A DNA stretch of 37,114 bases from a virus, in the UHGV virus genome UHGV-0042115; one strand, given 5' to 3'. The notes below the pieces were generated by a model, which was given only the letters and a program-made list of their open reading frames with translations, made no database searches and had not been told where the DNA came from. How positions within the stretch are numbered: the first letter of the stretch is position 1; each line of letters starts with the position of its first letter. The translations under genes were made by a program, and so were the position numbers. Below are positions 27,570 to 37,114 of this stretch, one piece after another.

Positions 27570-28085
27570 ATGGCTTTACCACGCAAATTAAAACACCTCA
27601 ACCTGTTTAACGACGGGAACAACTGGCAGGGGATCGTTGAGTCGCTGACGCTGCCGAAATTCACCCGCAAATATGAGAAGTATCGCGGCGGCGGAATGCC
27701 GGGAGCAGTGGATGTGGATCTGGGGCTTGATGACAGTGCGCTGGACACAGAATTTTCCATTGGTGGTACTGAACTGCTGCTGTTTAAGCAGATGGGCAAA
27801 GCCACGGTGGATGGCATCCAGTTGCGCTTTACCGGCTCTATCCAGCGTGATGATACCGGGGAAGTGCAGGCCGTGGAGCTTGTGGTGCGTGGACGTCACA
27901 AAGAAGTGGATTCCGGCGAGTGGAAGACGGGCGAAAGCAACACCACCAAAGTGACCAGTACCAACAGCTACGCGAAGCTGACTATCAATGGTGAGGTGCT
28001 CTATGAAGTGGACCTTATCAACATGGTGGAAATTGTGGACGGTGTGGACCTGATGGAAGCGCACCGCAACGCCCTCGGCCTCTGA
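27570..28085 (+). CDS. FII: Tail tube protein FII
   Basis: 171 aa; P2 FII-like. Confidence 0.9.
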   Translation: MALPRKLKHLNLFNDGNNWQGIVESLTLPKFTRKYEKYRGGGMPGAVDVDLGLDDSALDTEFSIGGTELLLFKQMGKATVDGIQLRFTGSIQRDDTGEVQAVELVVRGRHKEVDSGEWKTGESNTTKVTSTNSYAKLTINGEVLYEVDLINMVEIVDGVDLMEAHRNALGL

Positions 28086-28139
28086 TGTATCTGAACGGCG
28101 CGGAATGCCGCGCCAGAACCTAATTTACAGGACAGCAAA

Positions 28140-28442
28140 ATGAGCGATAAGCAGACTGAAAAGACCATTCAACTGGATACCCCCATCATGCGTGGTAAAA
28201 CTGAAATCACCGAAATTGTGCTGCGTAAACCGCAGTCCGGTGCGCTGCGCGGTACACGCCTGCAGGCCATTATGGATATGGATGTGAACGCGATGATGAC
28301 CGTGATCCCCCGCATCTCCAGCCCGGCGCTGACTGCACAGGAAATTGCAGAGATGGACCCGGCAGATCTCACTGCCATGTCGGTTGAGGTTGTCACTTTT
28401 TTGTTGAAGAAGTCGGTGCTTGCCGGTTTACCGACAGCCTGA
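28140..28442 (+). CDS. E: Tail assembly chaperone E
   Basis: 100 aa, immediately upstream of tape measure. Confidence 0.8.
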   Translation: MSDKQTEKTIQLDTPIMRGKTEITEIVLRKPQSGALRGTRLQAIMDMDVNAMMTVIPRISSPALTAQEIAEMDPADLTAMSVEVVTFLLKKSVLAGLPTA

Positions 28443-28576
28443 CGGTTGATGATCTGGTGGCAGATATCGCCACCATTTTTCACTGGCCGCCATCCGTTAC
28501 TGACGTTATGCCGCTGACCGAAGTGCTGGAATGGCGGTATAAAGCGATTCAGAGAAGCGGGGCCAACGATGAGTGA
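28140..28576 (+). CDS. E+E' extended product via -1 frameshift at T TTT TTG (28397-28403)
   Basis: Slippery heptamer inside E; the -1 frame is open from 28403 to TGA 28574-28576, overlapping the T start, as in P2 E/E+E'. Confidence 0.6.
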
Positions 28577-31500
28577 TAATAACCTGCGCCTGCAGGTCAT
28601 TCTTAATGCGGTTGACAAACTCACCCGCCCATTCCGTGCTGCACAGGCCAGTTCGAAAGAGCTGGCTGGCGCAATCAGAAACTCCCGTGACGCATTAAAG
28701 CAACTCAATCAGGCGGGTAACAACCTGGAAAAATTTCGCAAGCTGCAGGCCGATAACAAAAAGTTAGGCGACAGGCTGAACTATGCCAGACAGAAGGCAA
28801 ATTTGCTTAGTTCTGAGCTGGAAGCGATGGAACAACCATCACAAAGGCATCTTGTGGCTTTAGGTCGGCAAACGCTGGCAGTCCAACGCCTGGAAGAACA
28901 ACAAAAATATTTGCAGAAGCAAACGGCGCTTGTGCGTGCAGAACTGTACCGGGCGGGAATTTCTGCGAAAGATGATGCGGGAGCAACTGCCCGTTTAGCC
29001 CGTGAAACATCACGTTATAACCAGGAATTGTCGAAACAGGAGGCGCGGCTGAAGCGACTGGGGGAAGCTCAGCGCAGGATGAATGCAGCGCGTGCCAGTT
29101 ATGCCCGTTCGCTGGAGGTGCGCGATCGCATCGCAGGAGCCGGAGCCACTACTACGGCTGCAGGGCTGGCAATGGGGACGCCAGTGATGGCGGCAGTAAA
29201 AAGCTATACCAGCATGGAAGATGCCATGAAAGGTGTGGCAAAGCAGGTCAATGGTCTGCGTGACGATAATGGCATCCGCACTGCACGTTTTTATGAAATG
29301 CAGGATGCCATCAAAGCTGCCAGCGAACAGTTGCCGATGGAAAACGGTGCGGTGGACTTCGCTGCACTGGTTGAAGGTGGTGCGCGTATGAACGTCGCAA
29401 ACCCTGACGACAGCTGGGAAGACCAGAAACGTGACCTGCTGGCCTTCGCCAGTACGGCAGCAAAGGCGGCAACAGCCTTTGAGCTGCCAGCGGATGAACT
29501 GTCAGAAAGTCTGGGGAAAATCGCCCAGCTCTACAAAATACCAACCCGCAATATTGAACAGCTCGGCGATGCGCTGAACTATCTGGATGATAACGCCATG
29601 TCGAAAGGGGCGGACATCATTGATGTGATGCAACGTCTGGGCGGTGTGGCTGACCGTCTGGATTATCGTAAAGCGGCGGCACTGGGTTCCACCTTTCTGA
29701 CACTGGGCGCTGCGCCGGAGGTTGCAGCCAGTGCAGCAAACGCGATGGTGCGTGAATTGTCCATTGCCACCATGCAAAGCAAGAGTTTCTTTGAAGGAAT
29801 GAATCTGCTGAAACTCAATCCTGAAGTGATTGAAAAGCAGATGACGAAGGATGCGATGGGAACTATCCAGCGCGTGCTGGAGAAGGTGAACGCACTGCCG
29901 CAGGACAAGCGTCTGTCTGCCATGACCATGTTGTTTGGTAAAGAGTTTGGCGATGACGCGGCGAAACTGGCAAACAACCTGCCGGAACTGCAGCGTCAGT
30001 TAAAACTGACAGCGGGCAATGATGCGCTCGGCTCCATGCAGAAAGAATCCGACATTAACAAGGATTCACTTTCTGCGCAGTGGTTGCTGGTCAAAACCGG
30101 AGCGCAGAACACCTTCAGCAGCCTGGGCGAAACGCTGCGCCAGCCGCTGATGGATATTCTGTACACGGTGAAAAGCGTCACGGGGGCGTTGCGTCGCTGG
30201 GTGGAAGCTAACCCGGAACTGACAGGCACACTGATGAAAGCATCGGCTGTTGTGGCTGCGGTGACCGTCGGCCTCGGCACCTTAGCGGTGGCGCTGGCTG
30301 CAGTGCTGGGGCCGCTGGCAGTGATCCGTCTGGGATTCTCTGTGCTGGGTATCAAAACGTTACCTTCCGTTACGGCAGCAGTAACTCGAACCAGCAGCGC
30401 GTTGTCCTGGCTGGCTGGCGCACCACTGGTACTGCTGCGACGCGGGCTTGCTTCATCGGGCAACGCTGCGGGGTTACTTACTGCACCGTTGTCATCTTTG
30501 CGCCGCACGGCATCACTGACGGGAAATGTCCTGAAAACTGTAGCAGGTGCGCCGGTTGCACTTTTGCGGTCTGGATTATCCGGTTTACGTGCTGTTGCTG
30601 TGATGTTTATGAATCCTCTGGCGGTACTGCGCGGTGGACTGGTCGCCGCAGGCACGGTGCTGCGAGTACTGGCATCTGGTCCACTGGCGATGCTGCGCGT
30701 TGCCCTGTATGCCGTATCTGGTCTGTTAGGTGCTCTGCTCAGTCCGATAGGTCTTGTGGTTACTGCACTGGCGGGCGTGGCGCTGGTTGTCTGGAAATAC
30801 TGGCAACCCATCACCGCATTTCTTGGTGGCGTGGTGGAAGGATTCAAAGCGGCGGCAGGTCCCGTCAGTGCAGCATTCGAACCGCTTAAGCCCGTGTTCC
30901 AGTGGATTGGCGACAAAGTACAGGCGCTGTGGGGCTGGTTTACTGATCTGCTGACGCCCGTTAAGTCGACCTCTGCCGAACTGCAGAGTGCAGCGGCAAT
31001 GGGGCGGCGATTCGGGGAGGCACTGGCGGAAGGGCTGAATATGGTCATGCATCCGCTGGACTCCCTGAAATCCGGCGTTTCCTGGTTGCTGGAGAAGCTC
31101 GGCATTGTCAGTAAAGAGGCCGCAAAGGCAAAACTGCCGGAAAGCGTGACGCGTCAGCAACCTGCGACGGTGAATGCAGACGGTAAAGTGATGATGCCAT
31201 CGGGTGGTTTTCCATCATGGGGATATGGCTTTGCGGGGATGTATGACAGCGGCGGCTATATCCCGCGCGGGCAGTTTGGCATCGTCGGTGAAAACGGGCC
31301 GGAAATTGTTAACGGCCCGGCAAATGTGACCAGCCGGAGAAATACAGCTGCACTGGCTGCCGTTGTTGCCGGAATGATGGGCGTTGCTGCCGCGCCTGCA
31401 GAGCTTCCACCGTTGCACCCTTTGGCACTTCCCGCGAAAGGCGGCGAAGCGATGGTGAGTCGTGCAGCCACTGTGCCGCCCGTTCAACGGATTGAGGCAC

Positions 31501-31646
31501 CGATGCAGATCATCATTCAGACGCAGCCAGGACAAAGTGCGCAGGATATTGCGCGGGAGGTGGCCCGCCAGCTTGATGAACGTGAACGCAGGCTGAAGGC
31601 AAAAGCCAGGAGTAACTACAGCGATCAGGGGGGATACGACGCATGA
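28569..31646 (+). CDS. T: Tail tape measure protein T
   Basis: 1025 aa; position after E/E'. Confidence 0.9.
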   Translation: MSDNNLRLQVILNAVDKLTRPFRAAQASSKELAGAIRNSRDALKQLNQAGNNLEKFRKLQADNKKLGDRLNYARQKANLLSSELEAMEQPSQRHLVALGRQTLAVQRLEEQQKYLQKQTALVRAELYRAGISAKDDAGATARLARETSRYNQELSKQEARLKRLGEAQRRMNAARASYARSLEVRDRIAGAGATTTAAGLAMGTPVMAAVKSYTSMEDAMKGVAKQVNGLRDDNGIRTARFYEMQDAIKAASEQLPMENGAVDFAALVEGGARMNVANPDDSWEDQKRDLLAFASTAAKAATAFELPADELSESLGKIAQLYKIPTRNIEQLGDALNYLDDNAMSKGADIIDVMQRLGGVADRLDYRKAAALGSTFLTLGAAPEVAASAANAMVRELSIATMQSKSFFEGMNLLKLNPEVIEKQMTKDAMGTIQRVLEKVNALPQDKRLSAMTMLFGKEFGDDAAKLANNLPELQRQLKLTAGNDALGSMQKESDINKDSLSAQWLLVKTGAQNTFSSLGETLRQPLMDILYTVKSVTGALRRWVEANPELTGTLMKASAVVAAVTVGLGTLAVALAAVLGPLAVIRLGFSVLGIKTLPSVTAAVTRTSSALSWLAGAPLVLLRRGLASSGNAAGLLTAPLSSLRRTASLTGNVLKTVAGAPVALLRSGLSGLRAVAVMFMNPLAVLRGGLVAAGTVLRVLASGPLAMLRVALYAVSGLLGALLSPIGLVVTALAGVALVVWKYWQPITAFLGGVVEGFKAAAGPVSAAFEPLKPVFQWIGDKVQALWGWFTDLLTPVKSTSAELQSAAAMGRRFGEALAEGLNMVMHPLDSLKSGVSWLLEKLGIVSKEAAKAKLPESVTRQQPATVNADGKVMMPSGGFPSWGYGFAGMYDSGGYIPRGQFGIVGENGPEIVNGPANVTSRRNTAALAAVVAGMMGVAAAPAELPPLHPLALPAKGGEAMVSRAATVPPVQRIEAPMQIIIQTQPGQSAQDIAREVARQLDERERRLKAKARSNYSDQGGYDA

Positions 31647-32128
31647 TGATGGTGCTGGGATTGTACGTGTTTATGCTGCGCACCGTGCCGTATCAGGAAT
31701 TGCAGTATCAACGCAGTTGGCGACATGCGGCAAACAGCCGGGTAAACCGTCGTCCGTCCACGCAGTTTCTGGGACCGGAAAACGACATGCTGACGCTTTC
31801 CGGTGTTCTTATGCCGGAGATAACAGGCGGCAGGCTGTCGTTGCTGGCACTTGAGCAGATGGCAGAACAGGGGAAAGCATGGCCTCTGATTGAAGGCAGC
31901 GGCACGATTTACGGCATGTATGTGATTGAGGGACTGAATCAGACTAAAACGGAGTTTTTCCGCGACGGTATGCCGCGCCGGATTGAGTTCACCCTGTCGC
32001 TCAAACGGGTGGATGAATCCCTGTCCGATATGTTCGGTGATCTCAGTGCGCAGCTGAATAATCTGCAGGGAACGGCAACATCTGCCTTAAGCGATATCAG
32101 TAAAACGGTGGGAGGGCTTCTGTCGTGA
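31643..32128 (+). CDS. U: Tail protein U
   Basis: 161 aa; P2 U-like position. Confidence 0.8.
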   Translation: MMMVLGLYVFMLRTVPYQELQYQRSWRHAANSRVNRRPSTQFLGPENDMLTLSGVLMPEITGGRLSLLALEQMAEQGKAWPLIEGSGTIYGMYVIEGLNQTKTEFFRDGMPRRIEFTLSLKRVDESLSDMFGDLSAQLNNLQGTATSALSDISKTVGGLLS

Positions 32129-33225
32129 ATTTCAGCTCTGAACTGCTTAACAAAGGCAACAAAACTCCCGCATTCAGCATCAGTATTGAGGGCAGGGATA
32201 TCACCACTGTGCTGGACAACCGCCTGATTGGGCTGACGCTGACGGATAACCGGGGATTTGAAGCGGACCAGCTTGATCTGGAACTGGACGACGCCGATGG
32301 AAAAATCGTGCTGCCGCGCCGTGGTGCGGTCATTACGCTGGCGCTGGGCTGGAAGGGGCAGCCGCTTTTCCCGAAAGGGGCATTCACGGTGGACGAGATT
32401 GAACACACTGGCGCACCGGACCGCCTGACTATCCGGGCGCGAAGTGCTGATTTTCGGGAAACCCTGAATACCCGCCGTGAAAAATCGTGGCATAACACCA
32501 CCATCGGGGAAGTGGTGAAGGAAATAGCCGCGCGGCACAAGCTGAAGATGGCACTGGGTAAAGAGCTGTCGGATAAGCCCGTGGAGCATATAGACCAGAC
32601 TAATGAGAGTGACGGCAGTTTTCTGATGCGACTGGCGCGACAGTACGGTGCCATCGCGTCGGTGAAAAATGGCAATCTGTTATTCATCCGGCAGGGGCAG
32701 GGCAAAAGCGCCACTGGTAAACCACTGCCAGTGATCACTATCACACGCAAGGACGGCGACAGTCACCGATTTACCCTGGCAGATCGCGGAGCCTACACGG
32801 GCGTAATTGCCAGCTGGTTGCATACCCGTGAACCCGCGAAGAAAGAAAGCACCACGGTGAAGCGTAAGCGCAGAACTAAGAAGCAGAAGAAAGAGCCGGA
32901 AGCGAAGCAGGGCGATTACCTGGTGGGTACGGATGAAAACGTGCTGGTACTTAATCGCACCTATGCCAACCGGGGCAACGCTGAACGGGCAGCGAAAATG
33001 CAGTGGGAACGTCTGCAACGCGGCGTTGCGTCATTCTCGCTACAACTGGCGGAAGGGCGGGCAGATCTCTACACGGAAATGCCTGTGAAGGTCAGTGGTT
33101 TTAAACAGCCGATAGATGATGCGGAATGGACCATTACGACTCTGACACATACCGTCAGCCCGGATAACGGTTTTACGACCAGTCTGGAGCTTGAAGTGAG
33201 GATTGATGATTTCGAAATGGAATGA
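32125..33225 (+). CDS. D: Late gene D tail protein
   Basis: 366 aa; GTG start with GGGAGGG SD. Confidence 0.85.
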   Translation: MNFSSELLNKGNKTPAFSISIEGRDITTVLDNRLIGLTLTDNRGFEADQLDLELDDADGKIVLPRRGAVITLALGWKGQPLFPKGAFTVDEIEHTGAPDRLTIRARSADFRETLNTRREKSWHNTTIGEVVKEIAARHKLKMALGKELSDKPVEHIDQTNESDGSFLMRLARQYGAIASVKNGNLLFIRQGQGKSATGKPLPVITITRKDGDSHRFTLADRGAYTGVIASWLHTREPAKKESTTVKRKRRTKKQKKEPEAKQGDYLVGTDENVLVLNRTYANRGNAERAAKMQWERLQRGVASFSLQLAEGRADLYTEMPVKVSGFKQPIDDAEWTITTLTHTVSPDNGFTTSLELEVRIDDFEME

Positions 33226-33315
33226 TTCTTCGCAATGGAGAACTTTTAAGTTTGCAAAATGGAATAATGCGGTATCATTATTGTGAATTTAGCAAAAATG
33301 GGGAGAACTCGAAAA

Positions 33316-33534
33316 ATGATGATTTGCCCACTGTGTGGAAGTGCCGCCCATACTCGCAGCAGTTTTCAGGTATCTTCATTGACCAAAGAGCGTTACAACC
33401 AGTGCCAGAACATTAACTGCAGCCATACTTTTGTTACCCATGAAACTTTTGTTCGTTCGATTGCAACGCCAAAAGAGTCAAATCCGGTTCAGCCGCATCC
33501 AATGAAATCAGGACAGGTGGCGCTCTCTCTTTGA
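33316..33534 (+). CDS. ogr: Ogr-type zinc-finger late transcription activator
   Basis: 72 aa MMICPLCGSAAHTRSSFQVSSLTKERYNQCQNINCSHTF... with the Ogr CxxC...CxxxxC pattern; last phage gene before attR. Confidence 0.85.
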   Translation: MMICPLCGSAAHTRSSFQVSSLTKERYNQCQNINCSHTFVTHETFVRSIATPKESNPVQPHPMKSGQVALSL

Positions 33535-33611
33535 CGCTGCCGCCATTTTGTCGCCATCGTTAAAAAACAGTGCTTCTAACATCATGATTTTAAACAGCTT
33601 AAATTTCAGGC

Positions 33612-33625
33612 AACAAAAAACCCAT
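33612..33625. other. attR core (AACAAAAAACCCAT)
   Basis: Identical to 603-616. Confidence 0.6.
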
Positions 33626-33657
33626 CAACCTTGAACCGAAATGGCGGGGTTGATGGG
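33612..33657 (-). terminator. Probable ybjL intrinsic terminator (10-bp stem CCCATCAACC / GGTTGATGGG, then U6 on the minus strand), overlapping the att core
   Basis: Stem 33621-33630 / 33648-33657, 17-nt loop; A6 at 33615-33620 on plus is U6 on the ybjL transcript. Confidence 0.4.
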
Positions 33658-33769
33658 CTCCACAAAATGGGGACATCAAAGAAAAGCAGTGGCACTAATT
33701 AAGACTGATGCCCTGCGGAAAAGTTCTGCGGTTGTGCAAAAAAATTTCATTTTCAGGGCAACTTCAGTT

Positions 33770-35455
33770 TTATCCTAATCCTGGCCATACCATGACGATG
33801 ATTGTCCCTGCCAGCGTCAGCAGGACGTTGGCGATTGCGTAGGTGCCCGCATAGCCCAGCGCAGGGATGTTACTGCGAGCTGTATCACTGATGATCTCCA
33901 TTGCCGGCGCGCAGGTGCGTGCGCCCATCATTGCGCCGAACAACAGTGCGCGGTTCATTCGCAATACATAAGCACCGAACAAGAAACAGATAACCACGGG
34001 CACAAGACTGACAATTAATCCGGCAATCAACATCTGACCGCCAATCGCGCCCAGGCCGTTATTAATACCGCTACCGGCGCTCAGACCAACGCCTGCCATA
34101 AACACCATCAAGCCGAACTCTTTCACCATGCTTAATGCACCTTGCGGAATGTAACCGAAGGTCGGGTGGTTAGCACGCATAAAGCCCAGCATAATTCCGG
34201 CGAATAACAACCCGGCAGCGTTCCCCATGCCGAAACTGAATGTGCTGAACTGGAAGGTGATCATCCCGATCATCAGCCCAATAACAAAGAAGGCGCAGAA
34301 TGCCAGCAGGTCAGTGACCTGGCTGTGAATCGAGATAAAGCCGATGCGATCGGCGATGGTTTTTACGCGGCGGGCATCGCCGCTGACTTGTAAAACGTCA
34401 CCTTTGTTAAGCACGACGTTGTCATCTATCGGCATCTCAATCTGGCTACGAATGACGCGGTTAAGGAAGCAACCGTGATCGGTCAACTTCAGTTGTGCGA
34501 GACGTTTACCTACAGCGTTATGGTTTTTAACGACCACTTCTTCAGTGACGATACGCATGTCGAGAAGGTCACGATCGAAAACTTCTTTACCGTTACGGAA
34601 GCTGGGATCGAGTCGGGCATGGGCGTCGGGATAGCCTACCAACGCTATTTCATCGCCCATTTGTAGCACGGCATCACCGTCTGGATTTGCCAGAATCCCG
34701 TTACGTCGAATACGTTCAATGTAGCAGCCGGTTTGTCGATAAATACCCAGTTCACGCAGATTTTTGCCGTCGGTCCAGGCCACCAGTTCCGGGCCGACGC
34801 GATAGGCGCGGATCACCGGTAAATAAACCTTACGGTTGGCATCAGTGTCCAGGCCACGTTCGCGGGCGATTTGCTGGGCGCTGGTCTGTAAGTCCTGATG
34901 CTGCAATTTCGGCAAGTAACGCGCACCAACAATCAAACTCACCAGACCGATTAAATAGGTTAAGGCATACCCGAGGCTCAGATTATCCAGTGCCAGTGAG
35001 AGCTGCCTGCTTTCCATGCCGGAATGACGCAGTGTATCGCCAGCACCGACCAGAACCGGTGTCGACGTCATAGAGCCTGCTAACATACCGGCCGTCAGGC
35101 CAATATCCCAGCCAAACAGCTTACCTAACCCTAAGGCGATCACCAGCGCACTGCCAACCATCACCAGTGCTAACATTAGGTAATTTTTCCCATCGCGAAA
35201 AAAAATGGAAAAAAAGTTCGGTCCGGCTTCGACCCCGACGCAGAAAATAAACAGCATAAAGCCAAGATTAAGCGCATCGGTGTTAATGCTGAAATGTTGT
35301 TGGCCTAATAACAGCGATACGACTAAAACGCCAATGGAATTACCCAGTTGGATCGAACCAAGTCGTAACTTTCCGAGACATAGCCCAAGCGCGAGGACCA
35401 CAAATAATAACAGAATGTAATTCCCATTTAACAATTCGGCGACGTTTATATTCAC
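33770..35455 (-). CDS. ybjL: Putative AAE-family transporter YbjL
   Basis: 561 aa membrane protein matching YbjL as I recall it. Confidence 0.88.
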
Positions 35456-35724
35456 GGAGGCTAACTTCTTGTTTACTAGTAAGCTGTTGAAAGAAATGGT
35501 AATTTACGATAATGTTTTTTACCAGAATTCAGGGCGCAGATTCATTCAGCGCACCTAAACGATAGTAAAGTAACAATATATTTTACTAGTGTAATCACAT
35601 TAGGTATCAACGGCTATATGAATTGCGTTGGCCTATATTAGCATGGAATGCGAAGCGGCTTTATCTTACTGAACGCCACACTGGCGAAAAATGTGTTCGA
35701 TAGACGCAGTGTCAGGAGGAACGA

Positions 35725-36102
35725 GTGAAACATAAACAACGTTGGGCGGGGGCAATCTGCTGTTTTGTCCTCTTCATTGTGGTGTGCCTTTTTCTGGCGA
35801 CGCACATGAAAGGCGCTTTTCGGGCTGCCGGGCATCCTGAAATCGGCTTGCTATTTTTCATTCTTCCTGGAGCAGTCGCCAGCTTCTTTTCACAGCGTAG
35901 AGAAGTCCTGAAACCTCTGTTTGGCGCAATGCTGGCGGCACCCTGTTCGATGCTCATTATGCGGCTGTTTTTTTCACCGACGCGCTCATTCTGGCAAGAG
36001 CTGGCATGGTTACTAAGCGCGGTGTTCTGGTGTGCGCTGGGGGCACTGTGTTTCTTATTTATCAGTAGTTTGTTTAAACCACAGCACAGAAAAAATCAGT
36101 AA
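35725..36102 (+). CDS. ybjM: Inner membrane protein YbjM
   Basis: 125 aa, GTG start with AGGAGG SD. Confidence 0.8.
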   Translation: MKHKQRWAGAICCFVLFIVVCLFLATHMKGAFRAAGHPEIGLLFFILPGAVASFFSQRREVLKPLFGAMLAAPCSMLIMRLFFSPTRSFWQELAWLLSAVFWCALGALCFLFISSLFKPQHRKNQ

Positions 36103-36122
36103 AGCCCTCAACGCGAGGGCTT
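36102..36122. terminator. Hairpin AAGCCCTC aacgc GAGGGCTT between convergent ybjM and grxA
   Basis: 8-bp perfect stem, 5-nt loop. Confidence 0.4.
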
Positions 36123-36131
36123 GTCAGACGA

Positions 36132-36389
36132 TCAGGCGTCCAGATTTTCTTTCACCCATGCAGCAAAATCGGTATAGCCGCCGATATGTTGCTGATCGAC
36201 AAAAATCTGCGGCACGGTTTCTACGGGTTTACCTGCCTTTTGTTGTAGATCTTCTTTAGTGATCCCTTCCGCACGAATATCTACATACTGATACTGAAAA
36301 TCATCGCGTTCATTGCTCAATTTCTCAGCCAGATCTTTTGCACGCACACAGTAAGGGCAACCCGAACGACCAAAAATAACGGTTTGCAT
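36132..36389 (-). CDS. grxA: Glutaredoxin 1
   Basis: MQTVIFGRSGCPYCVRAKDLAEKL... with CPYC active site; AGGAG SD before ATG 36389 (track ORF starts upstream). Confidence 0.93.
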   Translation of the reverse strand: MQTVIFGRSGCPYCVRAKDLAEKLSNERDDFQYQYVDIRAEGITKEDLQQKAGKPVETVPQIFVDQQHIGGYTDFAAWVKENLDA

Positions 36390-36548
36390 TATTTCTCTCC
36401 TCATAGATTTATGCCTGTAATGATCACGCTAAAATGTATTCGCTGAAAGTAGGTTTAACCTGTTGCATTAATTGCTAAAAGCTATAACTGTTAAACACAA
36501 TACAGTGAAAAGTTTTAGACTGAAGGCTCACTTTGCAGAGGGAAGCGT

Positions 36549-36902
36549 ATGCGCGCGATCGGTAAATTGCCTAAAGGCGTGTTGATACTGGAATTTATCG
36601 GAATGATGCTACTGGCGGTGGCGCTGCTGTCGGTAAGCGACTCCCTGTCGCTGCCTGAGCCATTTTCTCGGCCAGAAGTGCAGATTCTGATGATTTTTCT
36701 CGGTGTTTTGCTCATGCTTCCCGCTGCGGTGGTGGTTATTCTTCAGGTGGCAAAACGTCTTGCCCCACAGCTGATGAACCCATTTCCGAAGCGCAGCGTG
36801 AGGCGATTATTAACAGCGCCCGTGCGACGTCCAGTTCCAGTTTTTTGCAGTGCAGTAGCATTATTCGCATTACCGACAAAGCGTTACGTGAAGAACTGGT
36901 GA
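36549..36902 (+). CDS. ybjC: YbjC-like membrane protein with aberrant 3' end reading into nfsA sequence out of frame
   Basis: N-terminal ~77 aa look like YbjC; after ...QLMN the ORF continues as PFPKRSVRRLL..., which is nfsA DNA read in the wrong frame. Confidence 0.6.
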   Translation: MRAIGKLPKGVLILEFIGMMLLAVALLSVSDSLSLPEPFSRPEVQILMIFLGVLLMLPAAVVVILQVAKRLAPQLMNPFPKRSVRRLLTAPVRRPVPVFCSAVALFALPTKRYVKNW

Positions 36903-37114
36903 CGCTGACCGGCGGGCAAAAACACGTAGCGCAAGCGGCGGAGTTCTGGGTGTTCTGTGCCGACTTTAACCGCCATTTACAGATCTGTCCGGATGCTCAG
37001 CTCGGCCTGGCGGAACAACTGTTGCTCGGTGTCGTTGATACGGCAATGATGGCGCAGAATGCATTAATCGCAGCGGAATCGCTGGGATTGGGCGGGGTAT
37101 ATATCGGCGGCCTG
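36773..37114 (+). pseudogene. nfsA: nfsA (oxygen-insensitive NADPH nitroreductase) lacking start codon and first ~18 codons; runs off window end
   Basis: Frame reads DEPISEAQREAIINSARATSSSSFLQCSSIIRITDKALREELVTLTGGQKHVAQAAEFWVFCADFNRHLQ..., matching NfsA from about residue 19; upstream in-frame sequence is ybjC DNA with no start codon. Confidence 0.65.

Larger units (their letters stand above)
603..33625. mobile_element. P2/186-family prophage (~33 kb) bounded by 14-bp direct repeats
   Basis: Int at the left end, ogr at the right end, full P2-like morphogenesis and lysis gene set in between, 14-bp AACAAAAAACCCAT repeated at both ends. Confidence 0.85.

Noticed and set aside
29996-31105. 369-aa minus-strand ORF inside the tape measure gene
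   Set aside because: Entirely antisense to a conserved, long structural gene in GC-rich sequence; low-complexity S/A/P/T-rich translation typical of shadow ORFs; no RBS.

Overview
The window is an E. coli-type chromosomal segment carrying a ~33 kb P2/186-family prophage (about 603..33625) inserted between rcdA (ybjK) and ybjL, followed by host genes ybjL, ybjM, grxA, ybjC and the 5' part of nfsA. The prophage has a 186-like early region (int, CI-type repressor, apl/cox-like, cII-like, TraR/DksA zinc finger, Dam methylase, replication gene A) and a complete P2-like late region (Q P O N M L X Y K lysA lysB lysC R S V W J I H G FI FII E/E' T U D ogr), with TGT-N12-ACA late-promoter dyads and an E/E' slippery site. 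Two AT-rich cargo islands stand out: (1) an ABC-ATPase + small Toprim-like protein pair wedged between the repressor and int, translationally coupled to the repressor gene; (2) in the A-to-portal hotspot, a LexA box, a DinI-like gene, an antisense very acidic 111-aa protein, a ~530 bp non-coding stretch, and a PRTase + DprA/Smf-like two-gene operon. Both pairs are candidate anti-phage defence or toxin-antitoxin modules; the first is my best candidate for an undescribed system. The prophage looks partly decayed: int has an in-frame TAG, gene A changes frame, and a tum-like SOS ORF is split at a T8 run (sequencing error not excluded). On the host side the ybjC-nfsA junction appears deleted, leaving nfsA without its start. 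Everything rests on reading the sequence and recalled family motifs; no database search was run.
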